A stretch of 64,000 nt of DNA from Octopus vulgaris (GCA_951406725.2 OX597815.1:212660001-212724000); one strand, 5' to 3'; positions 24,315 through 38,861 are shown, counted from the stretch's first letter. Made by a program: numbers and translations. Notes: generated by a model not told the origin, from the sequence alone.

Positions 24315-25209
24315 TTTTTTTTAAAAACTTTTAATATTAACATACAACATGCCACCAACGTATATTTGTTGTCCATTTATTCAAGCACATCAACTGCCGC
24401 TAATTCTCTGGATTAACATTTTCCCCAATCCTCTCTAAGTACAACTGCAGTTTCTGTCATTCCTTTCCGACTCATTCTTAACTTCATATATCAACCTGCA
24501 GTACATTATTATACCAAATTCACACAAGCAATTTTCATCCACAAAGCAGGTACATTGCTTCTCTTCTTCAGACTTTCCTAACACCAGCTTGATAATGACA
24601 GTTATTTTACTAAATTCTTCATTATTTTTAAAAATCAATTGAAATAATGGAAGCATATTTCAATAGAAATAAAGTAACAAAAGGGTTGACTAAAAAATAA
24701 TTATAATTGACATTGAGAAGACCATCAAACTATATTCAAGCCAAATACTATATAATAGAGAAAAACTAAAAATGAAAATATATATAGGCATAGGAGTGGC
24801 TGTGTGGTAAATAGCTTGCCAATGAACCACATGATTCCGGGTTCAGTCCCACTGTATGGCACCTTGGGCAAGAATCTTTTACCATAGCCCTGGGCCAGCC
24901 AAAACCTTCTGGGAGGGTGCAAGCAAGAGAGTCAGTCAGTGTCTTTATGTTTGTCCACTGCCAACACTTGACAACCAGAGTAATTTTTTTTTTTTTTTTT
25001 ACATTTCCCTAATGTAGTGGTTCAGCAAGAGAGAATGATAAAGTACCAGACTTTAAAAGAACAAGTACTGGGAGTGATTTCTTTGACTAGACTCTTCAAG
25101 ATGGTACCCCAGCATCGCCACACTCCATAGACCAACACATGTAAAACAAACAATAAATGATAAAACAGAAAAGCTAGTATTTCGCGTGAACCCCGACTCC
25201 TGGAGATGA

Positions 25210-25472
25210 TACTTATTTCTTTATAACCCACAAGGGACTAAACACAGAGGGGACAAACAAGGACAGACATAGGTATTAAGTCGATTACATCGACCCCAGT
25301 GCGTAACTCTCTAAAAATGTCTACGATGAGTCAACGATTTAAAAAAAAATTTACCATCATTTTTTTTTCAATTTTTAATGCATTTTTTGCTATTTTTTGG
25401 CTATAATTCTCTAAAAATGCTTATATAGTTATTTCCCTTACAAACCCGAGCAACGCCGGGCAATACTGCTAG
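25210..25472. mobile_element. chimera of SINE B 3' end (minus) and Helitron 3' half (plus)
   Basis: SINE B sequence up to GCGTAACT, then Helitron sequence from GTAACTCTCTAAAAATG to hairpin and CTAG. Confidence 0.75.
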
Positions 25473-26792
25473 CGTTACTATAAACTAGAATTCAAAGAAA
25501 CAGGATTTATTTCCAAGACATTTAACTTCATTCAGACTTTTAATACACAGGTTAGTGTTTTTGTTGTTTTTTATTTTGTTTTTTTTTTCTTGGTGGGTGG
25601 TGGGGGATGTAGATTTTGTCCCCTACCTCCCACTGGGTGGCTGATTTAATAATTTATGACAGTTTGGAAGACAGGTTAATTTCTAGATCCAAATAACTCA
25701 AGAGAAACATGACAGATTGTAAGGAGAGGGGGGTGAGGAAAAAAAAGGAAAGGGGGTGAAAGAAAAAAAATAAAGGAAATAAAAGAGGAAGAAAGAGTGG
25801 AATGGAGAGATGCGAGGACAAGGCCCAGAAAGTAAGACAGAATTCACTGTCCAAAAGATGAAATAAGGTGACATGTGTAAGTAGGTCTCTGTATGTGTGT
25901 GTGTGTGTGTGCACACAGGCACAATTGTCTTTTGAAAATTTCCTCATTGAAATTTCAATTAATTGTAATTACACAGTGCCCCAAATAAAGTAGGGTGTTG
26001 TGCATGCATGTAGAGAGGATAAGCACCGAACTAAGTACAAATGCATTTGTTGGTCTGGAGGCTATGGCAGAAAACACTTGCCCAACGTGCTGCACAGTGG
26101 GACTGAACCCACAACCATGTGATCGCAAAGCGAGCTTCTTAACCAGCCTATCAGCCTAGAACAACAAGACCAGTGTATTCAATACAGAATAACTTTTGGA
26201 ATTTGGTCCTATCTCAGTTACTTCCTTATATGTCCAAGTCAACTTTGGCATTCTCCTTTATCATGTTGGTAAAATAAGCACCAGATGAAATAGAAAAGAT
26301 GAAATAGAAAAGCAAACCCTTGCAGTTAATAATATCCCCAACAGGATCACTTTCCAATGGCTGAAAGAAACAACAGAATAAGAGAATAACTTAATCTACA
26401 GACTCTTAATTGAACGTCCAGAAAGAATGCCTTGTGTACCACCTTTGGCACATGTCAAGGTTTTTGTTTTTATTTACTAATATTTTACCTTTTCCATTCT
26501 TATTTGACATTGTGTGTCATGATGATGTATGTATATAATGGCAGTTAGCAGCAATAGCAGAATGTGGCCTATTTCGAAATAAATGCTCTGAGGAGAGCTA
26601 AGTTCTGTTATTTTGGGCAGGGTACGGCTCAATTTGTTTTTTTTTTTTTGCTTCCAAATTAGAATAGCCTTTTTTATAAAGTTTCAGAGATGTACTTGTC
26701 TAGTGAGTGATTTGATCTCAGACCATGCGTTGACACTAAAACAACTACAAAGTGGAAGGAACATATTTAATCATTCACAAGCTATTAACTTG

Positions 26793-27130
26793 ACCCATCA
26801 GCATTCGGACCAGCCATATCTGGCTCAAATATTCTACCTGTTTTATACTCAAACCTGCCAGATCTGGCCTCTCACATCTACAATGTCATTCTAAAAATAT
26901 ACAATCATAGGCGAAGGAGTGGCTGTGTGGTAAGTAGCTTGCTTACGAACCACATGGTTCTGGGTTCAGTTCCACTGCATGGCACTTTGGGCAAGTGTCT
27001 TCTGCTATAGCCTCGAGCTGACCAAAGCCTTGTGAGTGGATTTGGAAGACGGAAACTGAAAGAAGCCCGTCGTATATATGTATAAGAATATATATGTATG
27101 TATATATGTGTGTGTGTTTATGTATGTGTA

Positions 27131-27165
<35 letters not shown>

Positions 27166-27490
27166 GTGTGTGTATGTATATGTTTGTGTGTCTGTATTTG
27201 TCCCCCCAACATGACTTGACAACCGATGCTGGTGTGCTTACGTACCCGTAACTTAGCGGTTCGGCAAAAGAGACCGATAGAATGAGAACTAGGCTTCCAA
27301 AGAATAAGCCCTGGGGTCGTTTTGCTTGACTTAAAGCGGTGCTCCAGCATGGCCACAGTCAAATGACTGAAACAAGTAAAAGAGAGTATTATCAAAACTT
27401 CAAAGCCATGAGATAATCTATGATTAATCCCAAACTATGTGAATAGACAAGAGCTATATTTGTCACAGAGTAAATCTGAATGCTAAAGAG
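26793..27490. mobile_element. piggyBac-type MITE (family E) with a family A SINE inserted (26910-27387, plus)
   Basis: MITE halves flank a full SINE with an expanded internal (TATG)n tract. Confidence 0.7.
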
Positions 27491-30400
27491 TTGGACATTT
27501 ATTATTTGGTGTCAATGACTGGCTGCTATGTCTCTCCCACACTTACTGCAACAGTTTGCCAACTCCCGATCTCAAATCACTCCTCTTTAACTGCTGAATG
27601 GGAAAACAGATGTTCATAATCCACTCAAAATAATACTCGGCTTTATCTTTACCTTGTCTTTTACTGGTTTCAGTCATAAGACTGTGACCATACTGGGGCA
27701 CTGATTTAGTCAGACAAATTGACCCCCAGTGCATATTTCTAAGTCTGGTATTTAATCTGTCAGTCTCCTTTGCTGAACTGCTAAGTTATGGAGGTATAAA
27801 CAAAACAATAAAGGTTGTCAAGCAAGGAGACAAACACAAACATAGAAAGATACAACAGGCTTCCACACAGTTTCTATCTACCAAATTCACTTATAAGATA
27901 TTGGTTGGCCCAGAGCTATAGTAGAAAACACTCGCTCAAAGTGCTGCATAGTAGGAACGAACCCAAAATGGTTGCAAAACAAGTTTCTTAACCACATATC
28001 CATGCCTGGAGCTTAAAAAAAATAATAAATCAGTTACTTAACGCTATAATGAGTTCTAAAACAGTTATTGAACAAAGTAAATTTTCGATACCTTTGCATC
28101 AACCCAATAATGATACAAAGATTTTCTCTCCTCCTTCTCGGTCATTCCCTCAAAAAAGCTTTTATGGGCCAGTGCTAACCTTTAATTTAAGGATCTTAAG
28201 AACATGCGAGATAAATTTTTGTCGAGATAGGATACCAGTCAATCACAGGTAACATTTCCAGATGATCTAGTATTTTTTTTCCAATAGCTATGTGAAATAA
28301 TTCTATTATAGGTAGGTACAAGGCTGAAATTTTGGGGTTGGGGGCTAGTCAGTTACACTGACACCCAGTGCCCAACTGGTACTTATTTTATCAACCATGA
28401 AAGGATGATAGACAAAGTCAATCTCGGTCAATTTGAACTCGGAACATAAAGCCAAAAGAAACAGAGCAAAGTATTTTGTCAGGTATGTTAATGATTCTGT
28501 CAGCTCACTGCATTAATTGTGTGGAGTACTGCAATATAGAGTACATTGTTCTGTCCAAAAGCAATGAAATATAACAGAATTAAGCTCACAACCTATAAGC
28601 AGGCAAACCAATTATTTTTAACTAGATTTCTAATGAAATATACAGCATATGTGTTTCTACTAAGTTTGAAAAATATTCAAGAATTTGGTTGCCATTAGTA
28701 AATTAATTCATTTATACAAACCCAGTCCTCATTGCAGTGTAGTGGTTATTGTATTGCAATAACCCAGAGCTGTGCCAGCAGCATCAAGCTCTTTGTAGGG
28801 TCTTCTATGCTGAACAGATCAAAGGATAGAAACTAGACCAATAAGGACCACCCCTTCCCAGAGATGAATGTGGATTTGCATAAGGCTAATAACACCCCTC
28901 CCTAGAAAATAAGCAAAGTTTCAGAAGCATCGATGACAATATAAAACCAGCAAGACCTTCCTTCAGGGACCATGCTGAGGGAGTAGCCCTCAGGATAGAA
29001 TAATAAACAGTGGGGAATAGTCATCAAAATTTAACCATAATTACTGGTATACAAACATCATGATTGTCATAACTGGTACACCTCTCATCACAGTTTTGTT
29101 TGACTACAACTGATCAGAGAATGCACCACAACACAGTTTACTGCAAATCAACAAAGGCCTCTGCATGGGCACACAACCTACTAGAGATAGCAACCAAGTA
29201 ACCCTCAAATCACACTATGCCATAGTAAATTAGAACAAGTGACATTTAAAAATGTAGACCAAAAACATCCACCAGTCTTGCAAGCTTTGGGGAGTGTGTC
29301 GGAGGATGAGGGTGAACAATAACTTTTAAAATGTCTGTGAGGGCCAAACCTCAACCATACTGTTTCACTTGCAGCATATTACATATGCAAACACAAACAT
29401 ATACGGTTAAGAAGTTCATTTCCAAAACACATGGTTTAAGGTTCAGTCCCATTGCATAGCACCTAGGGCAAGGGTTTTCTACTATAGCCTTGAGTAGACC
29501 AAAGCCTTGTAAGTGAATTTAGTGTGTGTGTGTGCTTTTGTCTCCTTGTCTTGACATTGCAAAATAGTAGTAAATGTGCATCATAATATAGAAGCAGTGT
29601 CCATCATATCCAATCTTCTGTGAAAACATTGTCTGGTGAAGGGGAAATATTACATTGCTTGAAAACAGATAAGGATTGGTGGCAGGAAAGGCATCTGGCC
29701 AAAGAAAGAAAAGCCACTTCATTAAATTCTGTCTAACCCATGTAAGCATGAAAAAAATGGAGGTTAAAACGCTAAAGACTTTAACAATGATGGTTTTATA
29801 TCATCATCATCATCGTTTAACGTCCATTTTCCATGCTAGCATGGGTTGGACAGTTCAACTGGGGTCTGGGGAGCCAGGAGGCTGCGCCAAGCCCAGTCTG
29901 ATCTGGCAGAGTTTCTACAGCTGGATGCTCTTCCTAACGCCAACCACTCCGTGAGTGTAGTGGGTGCTTTTTATGCACCATATATATATACATAATCAGG
30001 ATTTCTATGAAATGTGTCATTAAGGACTAACTTCTGAGCTTTTATCCCATTAAGGCCACCTTTGCCTTTCATCCTTTCTGGATTGAAAACTAAAGTACTA
30101 GTCAAGTACAAGTGTCGATGCACCTGACCTTATCCACCAACTTTCCTTGTGCCTATATTAAGAACAATTATAATAAGGAACCAGCCCTGAGAACACTGTT
30201 TCTAATAGTAATAACAAACAAAAAAAAACGGCTTCAATTTAGGTTTAGATAATTGTTAGTGGTGGAAGGATAACTTATTTTCTTCCTCATCACTTCTACA
30301 AAAAGAATAATGTAGTTTTGATTAGAATATAATAAAACAAGCCAAGGGGAGGGTGGGGCCAGTATTCGGGGCCTGAATCATGAGTTACACTAATCACAAA

Positions 30401-31661
30401 CTATGTAAAGAGACTATAAAATGAGAGCAAAGAACAAAGAAGGATCCCAAAATAACTTGCCATAAAAATAACCCTTAAAATGACACAACAGCTTTGACCT
30501 TTATTTCAGATAGCTTCCATATGGTGGGATAAGAGAAGTTAACATTTACAAATACTTGTGGCAAACAAAAAGAAAAAAATGAATAAACAGAATAAAACAA
30601 TGCAGTTAATCCTTGGCACGAATTAGAATGAAAATAGCATATTGTAGAAGCATATATATTTACATATTTGGGAGTTAGTGAAGCAAAGAGAATAACTCAT
30701 TCGAGTGGAATGGAATCTTGGGGGAAAAATCTGTTTCGTTTCCTTAGTGTAGTTAGCTGTGGAACCCAACTGATTGTTAATAACATGCTTATAACCTACT
30801 ATCAACAAATTAAGGCTGCTCTTTCTAATCTTTTTATAATTTTTTTTCCTTATTACAGTTCAGGCTTTTTGTTGTTTTTTTTTTGGTTTTTTTTTTTTGA
30901 GGGGGGTGTTTTTTTTTAATTCATGAATGAAGGTAACTGGGTAAGGTTAATAGGGTACTTAATGCCTATTTTAAATTGCAAAGCAATTCGTACTATCTAT
31001 ATTTAAGGACAGCTGAAAAAAGGCAGGTGTAGTGCATTAAATTGTGATAGATAACAGTTGCATTTTAGATCAAACCAGCAAATCCAAAAGAATCATTCAC
31101 CTTCAAAGATGCTGTAGATGTAACAAAGCAACAATGCAGCTCAATAGTAGACCAATTTTGGTTATGCTTCAGTGTTAAGTACCAAATGAACACCATCATC
31201 TTTTAATGTACATTTTCCATACTAGTATGAGTGGGATGATTTGTCAGGATCCAACAAGCTTCAGAGTTGCATTAGGCTCCAAAGTCAGTTTTGATTTGGT
31301 CTCTGGATGCCATTCCAAACACCAACTACTTTACAATGTTTACTATGTACATTTTTTTGACACTGGTACTAGTGAGTAACTTGCAAGACAAAGAAAGAAG
31401 AGGAAAAAGTCCCCCTCAACTAAGTGGGAATGTATTTGAGACATGAGGTTGGTGAGTTTATGCTGGATGTTGAAAGCTGAAGTATGATAGAGAAACAAGT
31501 ACAAGTGTCTAATTATAGCAGAGATCCAAGGCTACCCCACATTATGTGAGGGAGAGCAAGTGTAACTGGGAAATATAAATAAGTACTAGAATGTACTTAG
31601 AAAATACAAGGTGAATAAAAGGGAGAACAGAGATATAAAAGAAGGTGAATATAAGGGATAT

Positions 31662-32170
31662 GTTTCTTTATTACTCACAAGGGGCTAAACATAGAGGGGA
31701 CAAACAAGGACAGACAAATGAATTAAGTCGATTACATCAAGCCCAGTGCGTAACTGGTACTTAATTTGGCCGATGCCAGCACCGCCTTGACTGGCTTCCG
31801 TGCCGGTGGCACATAAAATACACCAATCCGACCGTGGCCGTTGCCAGCCTCGCCTGGCACCTGTGCAGGTGGCACGTAAAAAGCACCCACTACACTCTCG
31901 GAGTGGTTGGCGTTAGGAAGGGCATCCAGCTGTAGAAACTCTGCCAGATAAGACTGGAGCCTGGTGCAGCCTCCTGGCTTCCCAGATCCCCGGTCGAACC
32001 GTCCAACCCATGCTAGCATGGAGAACGGACGTTAAACGATGATGATGATGATGATGATGAAAGGATGAAAGACAAAGTCGACCTCGGCGGAATGTGAACT
32101 CAGAACGTAACAGCAGACGAAATATGGCTACGCATTTCGCCTGGCGTGCTAACGGTTCTGCCAGGTCGCC
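31662..32170 (-). mobile_element. SINE family B interrupted by a family D copy (31768-32058, plus)
   Basis: Family B sequence breaks at TACTTAATTT and resumes at GAAAGGATGAAAG after the (GAT)n tail. Confidence 0.8.
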
Positions 32171-33486
32171 GGGGATAACAAACATAGAATATAAGGGAGA
32201 ATACAGTGGATCAGGAGAAAAGGAAAGAGTAAGTAATTTCATAAAAATATTAGAGGGGAGAGTGAGAAATGGTTAGAGATGGGGCTAGAGGTGGTAGAAA
32301 ATGTAAACACTTGCATATGTGCACAAGTGTGTACATTTGCATGTGTTAACCGATTCTCAAGATAACCAAACATTTCAAGTGAAATTTAGTGAAATAACAC
32401 AAATGTTTTGCTTTATTTATTGTTATATGAAGCTGGTGTTTGGAACGCAAGGTTTTTATGTAGAACTCTGACAGAAATTTTGCCTCTCAAAATCTTTCTT
32501 TAGAAATCATGAAATAATGAAATTTCTGATGAGTTTTGAAGTGTTTTAACAATAACTTAAACACAAGACAAAATTGAAGCTTCACAAGGAGTTATTAATT
32601 TTTTCGAAGCTGAATTTTGTTTTATTTTTTGGTCCTGAAGAAGAAACCTACTGTTCTGTGTGTTTGCTGTCTGTGAAAAATACAATCTGACACAGCATTT
32701 GTCTACTTCTATTACAGATTATCAGCTGTAACATTAGATCATAATTTTGGCATCAGCAAAACTTCACTATCTGTGCTATTAATCTTCTGATAACACTCCA
32801 TATTATATAAAGCAATCAGACTAAAAGTTTCCTGATACTGTATGAATCATCATCATTTAACATCCGTTTCCCATGCTGGCATGGGTTGGACAGTTTGACA
32901 GGAGCTGATCAGCTGAAGGGCTGTTCAGGCTCCATGTCTGTTTTGGTATGGTTTCTACATCTGGATGCCCTTCCTGACACCAACCACTTTCCAGAGTGTA
33001 CTGGGTGCTTTTAAGCAGCACTAGTATGGGTGCTTTTTACGTGACACCAGCACATTTATATCAGTGATGGTATGAATTCATGTTTTGGAGATGAAGCAAT
33101 AATCTTATAAAAGACAACCATAATCTCTTTACATACTAGAACATACAGAGAGAGGATATGAAATAGATAATATGTGAAGAATTGTATGAGTAGGACACCT
33201 ACAATGTACTAAGTAAAATTGTAAGCATAATCAGACTGTCACCATGGACACATAAAATTCCTAAGTGTAACCATACATGACACTAGAGTAGAATGCATAA
33301 ATATTACAATTTTTTTAAATAACCACAAATTTAAAGTGAAAGTTTGAAAAATAGTGTAAATATTTTATTTACTGATTTATTATATAAAACAGTGAAAGAA
33401 ATTTCACTCTCAAAATTTTACTTTAGAAACCATATAATAGTACAGTAAAATCTGTTGAGATTTTAAACAAAATATAAGCACATTAA

Positions 33487-33737
33487 CCCTTTAACTGTAT
33501 ACTCTCTTTTATTCTCTTTTACTTGTTTCAGTCATTTGACTGTGGCCATGCTGGAGCACCACCTTTAGTCGAGAAAATCGACCCCAGGACTTATTCTTTG
33601 TAAACCCAGTACTTATTCTATCGGTCTCTTTTGCCGAACCGCTAAGTGACGGGGACGTAAACACACCAGCATCGGTTGTCAAGCAATGCTAGGGGACAAA
33701 CACAAACACACACACACATACACACACATGCACTTAC

Positions 33738-33770
<33 letters not shown>

Positions 33771-34552
33771 CTAGCAGTATCGCCCGGCATTGCTCAGGTT
33801 TGGGAAATAACTATATAAGCATTTTTAGAGAGTTACTTCCCTTATAGATGCCAATTCAGGCTTTCTTAGCCATTTCTGTTTTGGTGTCTTCAAGCCATGA
33901 AGTCGTTGTTCTAAAAGAACGCTGGTCTCCTTGACAACGCTTACGACGTTGATTTCCTTACACTCCCTTCCCCACAGCTTCACGAGGGAGGGAAGAAGAT
34001 GGAGAAGCAAACAGGTGCAGGTGTGACCATGGACGCCAACTCCACCGCCATCGACACACGAAAAATTACACTCAACGCGCACTAATATTCAGATGGGCTC
34101 GATATGAATCACGACTATAAGATACCCGAATTTGGTTAAACTGCACCGCAAAATGTGGGAGGAGTTAGGAATCTAAATCGAAGGGGACAGACACTCACAC
34201 AACTACATATATATATAGATATATATATACGACAGGCTTCTTTCAGTTTCCGTCTACCAAATCCACTCACAAGGCATTGGTCGGCCCGGGGCTATAGCAG
34301 AAGACACTTGCTCAAGATGCCACGCAGTGGGACTGAACCCGGAACCATGTGGTTGGTAAGCAAGCTACATTTAAACTTCACAACTATTCCAGTGGTGATG
34401 TTAAATATCTTCTGCCTCAATCAGCTTCATATATCTCAATAGAAAAATTGTTCCAAACATGGCATTCACAAAAAAAAAGATGACTGCTAAATGCTTTACA
34501 CAGTTAAAAGTGATGAAATTGGAAGATATATCTGATTTCTACAGCAAAAGGG
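33487..34552. mobile_element. nested cluster: TTAA MITE containing SINE A (about 33500-34368, minus), which contains a Helitron
   Basis: TTAA-CCCTTTAACTGTA...TACAGCAAAAGGG-TTAA; SINE halves inside; Helitron within the SINE microsatellite. Confidence 0.65.
33771..34219 (-). mobile_element. non-autonomous Helitron with a distinct GC-richer interior
   Basis: Reverse strand TC start and GCAATGCCGGGCGATACTGCTAG end shared with 9768 and 23916; segment at about 33845-34080 is absent from those copies. Confidence 0.8.
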
Positions 34553-35030
34553 TTAATAGAGGCCTTTGGGGTGGTTTGGTGACAGAGAATCAGGGACAGT
34601 CTGGGGTAGAATGGTATTGACAAATTAAAACACCATTCAACAACTGACTAACCAAACATAACTAAATACAATGTTTCCCAAATTAATTATCACAATCTAT
34701 CAGGTGTACAGAAAGATTATATATTCCAAGTTTGAGATGTTAGGATAACTGGCCTGACATACAAAATATAGTTTGTGACAAGAATACTAACAAAACAATC
34801 ATTTTTCTACAAGGCATGACATGTCAGATATGGTTAGTGTATCTTAGCCTTTGAACTACATCAATTGCTTGACAAGATATTCCCATGTTTCAGAATAGAT
34901 TACAGTTATTCAGTGACACTGAATTCAACACTTTACTGTCTCATTTCAAATGACATGCTTTGATTCAGGCAAAATATTCTCCTCCACTAAATATTCACAT
35001 GGAAAAAAAAAAAAAAAATCGAAAAACAAG

Positions 35031-35428
35031 TTACTCTTTTACTTGTTTCAGTCATTTGACTGTGGCCATGCTGGAGCACCACCTTTAGTCGAGCAAAACG
35101 ACCCCAGGACTTATTCTTTGTAAGCCCAGTACTTATTCTATCAGTCTATTTTGCCGAACCGCTAAGTTACGGAGACGTAACACACCAGCATCAGTTGTCA
35201 AGCAATGTTGGGGGGACAAACACAGACACACAACATATATACACACACACATACATATACACACATATACGATGAGCTTCTTTCAGTTTCCGTCTACCAA
35301 ATCCACTCACAAGGCTTTGATCGGCCCGAGGCTATAGTAGAAGACATTTGCCCAAGGTGCCACACAGTGGGACTGAACCCAGAACCATGTGGTTGGTAAG
35401 CAAGCTACTTACCACACAGTCACTCCAC
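35031..35428 (-). mobile_element. SINE family A
   Basis: Full-length match. Confidence 0.85.
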
Positions 35429-36631
35429 TTGTAAATATTTAAGTTAAATGATGGTACACACATCATCAGTAAAATTTCACTGGAATATAACTTATGTGCC
35501 AAGTGAACAGCAGAGTAAATACCAAATTAGCAGAGGAACAGAAACTTGAAATTCAAAAGTAATTACCTAATTTAATGGTGATAATTTACAGTTATTGAAA
35601 TTTTCTTTTTTTTAGTTTTCTTTTTCCCTGACTAAAATTAATGAAGAATTTATATGCCTCCACAGTTTATTCTCGATCACATCTCGTATGACATTCCTGA
35701 AATACGATTAACTAAAACAGTTCTCTTTTGGAAAGAATAAAACTGCCATGAATTACATGTCAATAACTTGGACATCCACCATGTCAAAAAAGAATGATTA
35801 TTTCATGTTCTCTCAAAATTAATAAATTCTATGATGTCAATGATTAACCTAAATAAAACGTGGATATTATCTTGGCATTTTCAACACGATTTCTTCCTCT
35901 TGACATTTTTCTTATTTTAATGAATTAAATTTATATTCTTCTGTGTTAGTTACAGCTATGTAATAAACATACAGTCAAGGAAGCCTTTTACATGATTGTT
36001 CAAGCAACAAGACAACCTTTGCTCAAACCAATAAAAGAGCCAATCACTCAAGTGAATGAGGGAACCTCCATCAATATCAAGCATGGGCCACCTTTTTTTC
36101 AAGAAGCAAGCTACATGAGACATGGTTCATCATCAGGTTAGCCACACTACTAAGCAAAAAAAAAATCAAGGTAACTTTTCATTAGACATGCCATTCAGAA
36201 AGTCTAGCAGACTGCAGTTTACCAATTAATAATATACATAAATATTTCACTGGCTAGAAACTACAGTTAAATCTCTCCCAAATCACACTAAAAAAAAAAT
36301 GGAAGGGTACATAAAAACCATGTAATTCTGAATACCCCATGTCTGAAAAAGACATGATGTCTATGGCTTGCATTTCACCTGATCACAAGTCTACTCAGAG
36401 TTTACTAGGAGCTAAGTATAACAACATAGATACAAGTGCTAACATAATATTCAGACCAACTACTTGTTTTGATAGCCTTTAATCATCTTCCAAATGGATG
36501 CTATTGTATTTATCATCATCAATATTTTTGTCTACTTTTTACATGCTGTCACGAGTTCAGTGTTGGCAATATTGTATATTGCCGTTGTAACGATGTCCCA
36601 TAGCACATCATTTCTTTTGTATTTGCTTTAA

Positions 36632-36851
36632 CCCTTCCGTTACTGTATTTATTTTGAGATGCTCTGTGTTTCTTTCAATTACTTTAAATATAACAAAGAA
36701 TTTAGTAAAATAACTTAGTTATCATTAAGCTAGTGTTAGGAACATAAATTGCAACTAAGGTTTGGTGGAAGATTTTGATGCAAAACTTATGAAAACAAGA
36801 CATTTGTACTCAGAGCCAGAGCCAGTTTTGGTCGGGTTAGTAACGAAAGTG
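36632..36851. mobile_element. piggyBac-type MITE, family F
   Basis: TTAA flanks; near-identical to 41963-42182. Confidence 0.8.
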
Positions 36852-37280
36852 TTAAGCTATCTTGTATTTGTCTTAGAGTAACTAATTTCTGAGATGAATT
36901 CATTTTTAATGGTATACTAAAATGGAAAAGACAGCACCCCTATTATTTCACAGAACCCCCAAGAACAGTGAAATAAATGTAACTCATATTTAGCTGGAAT
37001 ATCTTTTTAGGTCATGCTTGTAGGTAAGACAGAAATTTGGCAGAATCATGAGCATGGCAGTCAAAATTCTTAATGGCATTTCCTCTGGCTCTTTACATTC
37101 CGAGTTCAAAAATCCCACAGAGGTCAACTTTGCCTTTCGTCCCTTTGAGGTCGATAAAAAAAAGTACAGGTCAAAGTGTAATCAATTTGACCTTCCCCTC
37201 AAAACTTGCTGGCCTTGAACCTGGCAACAGACTGGCATCAGATTCAAGGGATATATATTGTCATTATATGCCATGGAAGG

Positions 37281-37585
37281 GAGGCGCAATGGCCCAATGG
37301 TTAGGGCAGCGGACTCGCTGTCGGAGGATCGTGATTTCGATTCCCAGACCAGGCATTGTGTGTGTTTATTGAGCGAAAACACCTAAAGTTCCACGAGGCT
37401 CCGGCAGGGGGTAGTGGCGACCCCTGTTGTACTCTTTCGCCCCAACTTTCTCTCACGCTTTCTTCCTGTTTCTTGGGTAACGCTGTGATGGACTGGCATC
37501 CTGTCCAGCTGGGGGAAACACATACGCCACAGAAACCGGGAAACCGGGTCCATGAGCTTGGCTAGGTTTGAAAAAGGGCGCATTA
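37281..37585 (+). mobile_element. tRNA-derived SINE, family C variant
   Basis: TGGCCCAATGGTTAGG A box, TTTCGATTCCC B box, family C 3' tail. Confidence 0.8.
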
Positions 37586-38823
37586 AAAAAAAAATTTTTT
37601 AATATGCCATGGAAACTGAATAACCAGCCTTAAGAGTCCTTGGATTTGAGGGGACAGAATGCTTGCAGGAAGAACATGGACAGTGAGAGCTTGTAGAGAT
37701 TAGTGTGTGTTACAGGGCCTGGATGAAAGTGACTTGCTAGTTGCAGTTACGATAGAATAGTCAGAGTAACAAAACAGTAAGCCTGTGAACCAGATGTTGT
37801 AGTGTGTTGCTAAATCTTACCTAATCAGTTAAATGGCCTTCTTTAGATTCAATCTAAGTATGTCTATAAGCACAGCAGCAGCATCAGATACGAGAGTAGC
37901 ACTCTATTCTGGGTCCTACTTAAGCTCTGTTGAAAGTCAACAGCTGATCAAAGCAGAAATATTTTTCTGCTCCTGAAGTGAAAGCCTATGGGATGCAGGT
38001 GTTGCTATGTTACATAAGTGGGATTCACCATAAAAGATTTGTCTTTATAGTATCAAACGAAGCTATATATTTCTTAGTCAAATACAAGAGTAAAGAGTGG
38101 TTGATATAGAGACTGCTTGTAAAGTTCATGTGTCACGGATTGATGTTGCAGACAATCCATTTTTCATCACCATTGATGATTCCTTTCAAAAAATAGGTTG
38201 ATTTCATTGCTTTTGAGATACATACGTTTTACTCAACCTAAAAGTATTACAGTAATAATAGTTAACCTTGAACTCTAATTTAACCATTGTTTATTCAGTA
38301 AACAAGTGTTTATTTAGCTTAAAATTTCATTAATAATACTAAAGGGACTTCACTATAGTGTTCAGCAGTTATTTTTCCAAATATGTAGGTTTAACCCCTT
38401 CCTTACTATATTCTTGTTAAGATAAACTGCCTCTGTTTCAGTTAACATGAAAACAGTGAAGAATTTAATAACTTTGGTGTTTGGTGCATAAATTAACACG
38501 GAATTTCAATGAAACGTTTTAATTTAGATCTTCAAAACAGGAACTTTTGTATCAAAGAGCCAAGGGTGGTCTTGGGCAGCTTGGTATCAAAAGAGTTATT
38601 AAATATAGTTTCAATAAATTCCAGTTTTTATTTTAAATCATTTGGAAGTCACCAAAGTATTTAAGGTGATAAATAAGAGTAATCATGAAAAAAAATAGGA
38701 ACCAGTACTGTAGAAGTAGTTAGGGCAATTTGGATTACAAAAATAAAATTAACTAATTAATTATGCAAATTATACTTGCTAAATTGTTTGTAAACTGATC
38801 ACATAGGCTTAAGTAGACCATGC

Positions 38824-38861
38824 TATGCTGATGAGGTCTTACAGACTGAAACATGACCATA
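38824..38861 (+). ncRNA. minimal type I hammerhead motif with a mutated cleavage triplet
   Basis: UAUG-CUGAUGA-GGUC uuaca GACU-GAAA-CAUG-AC-CAUA; triplet is GAC rather than GUC; AATAAA follows about 17 nt downstream. Confidence 0.55.

Noticed and set aside
37281-37355. tRNA gene
   Set aside because: A and B boxes continue directly into SINE body sequence; this is a SINE head, as are the other tRNA-like matches.
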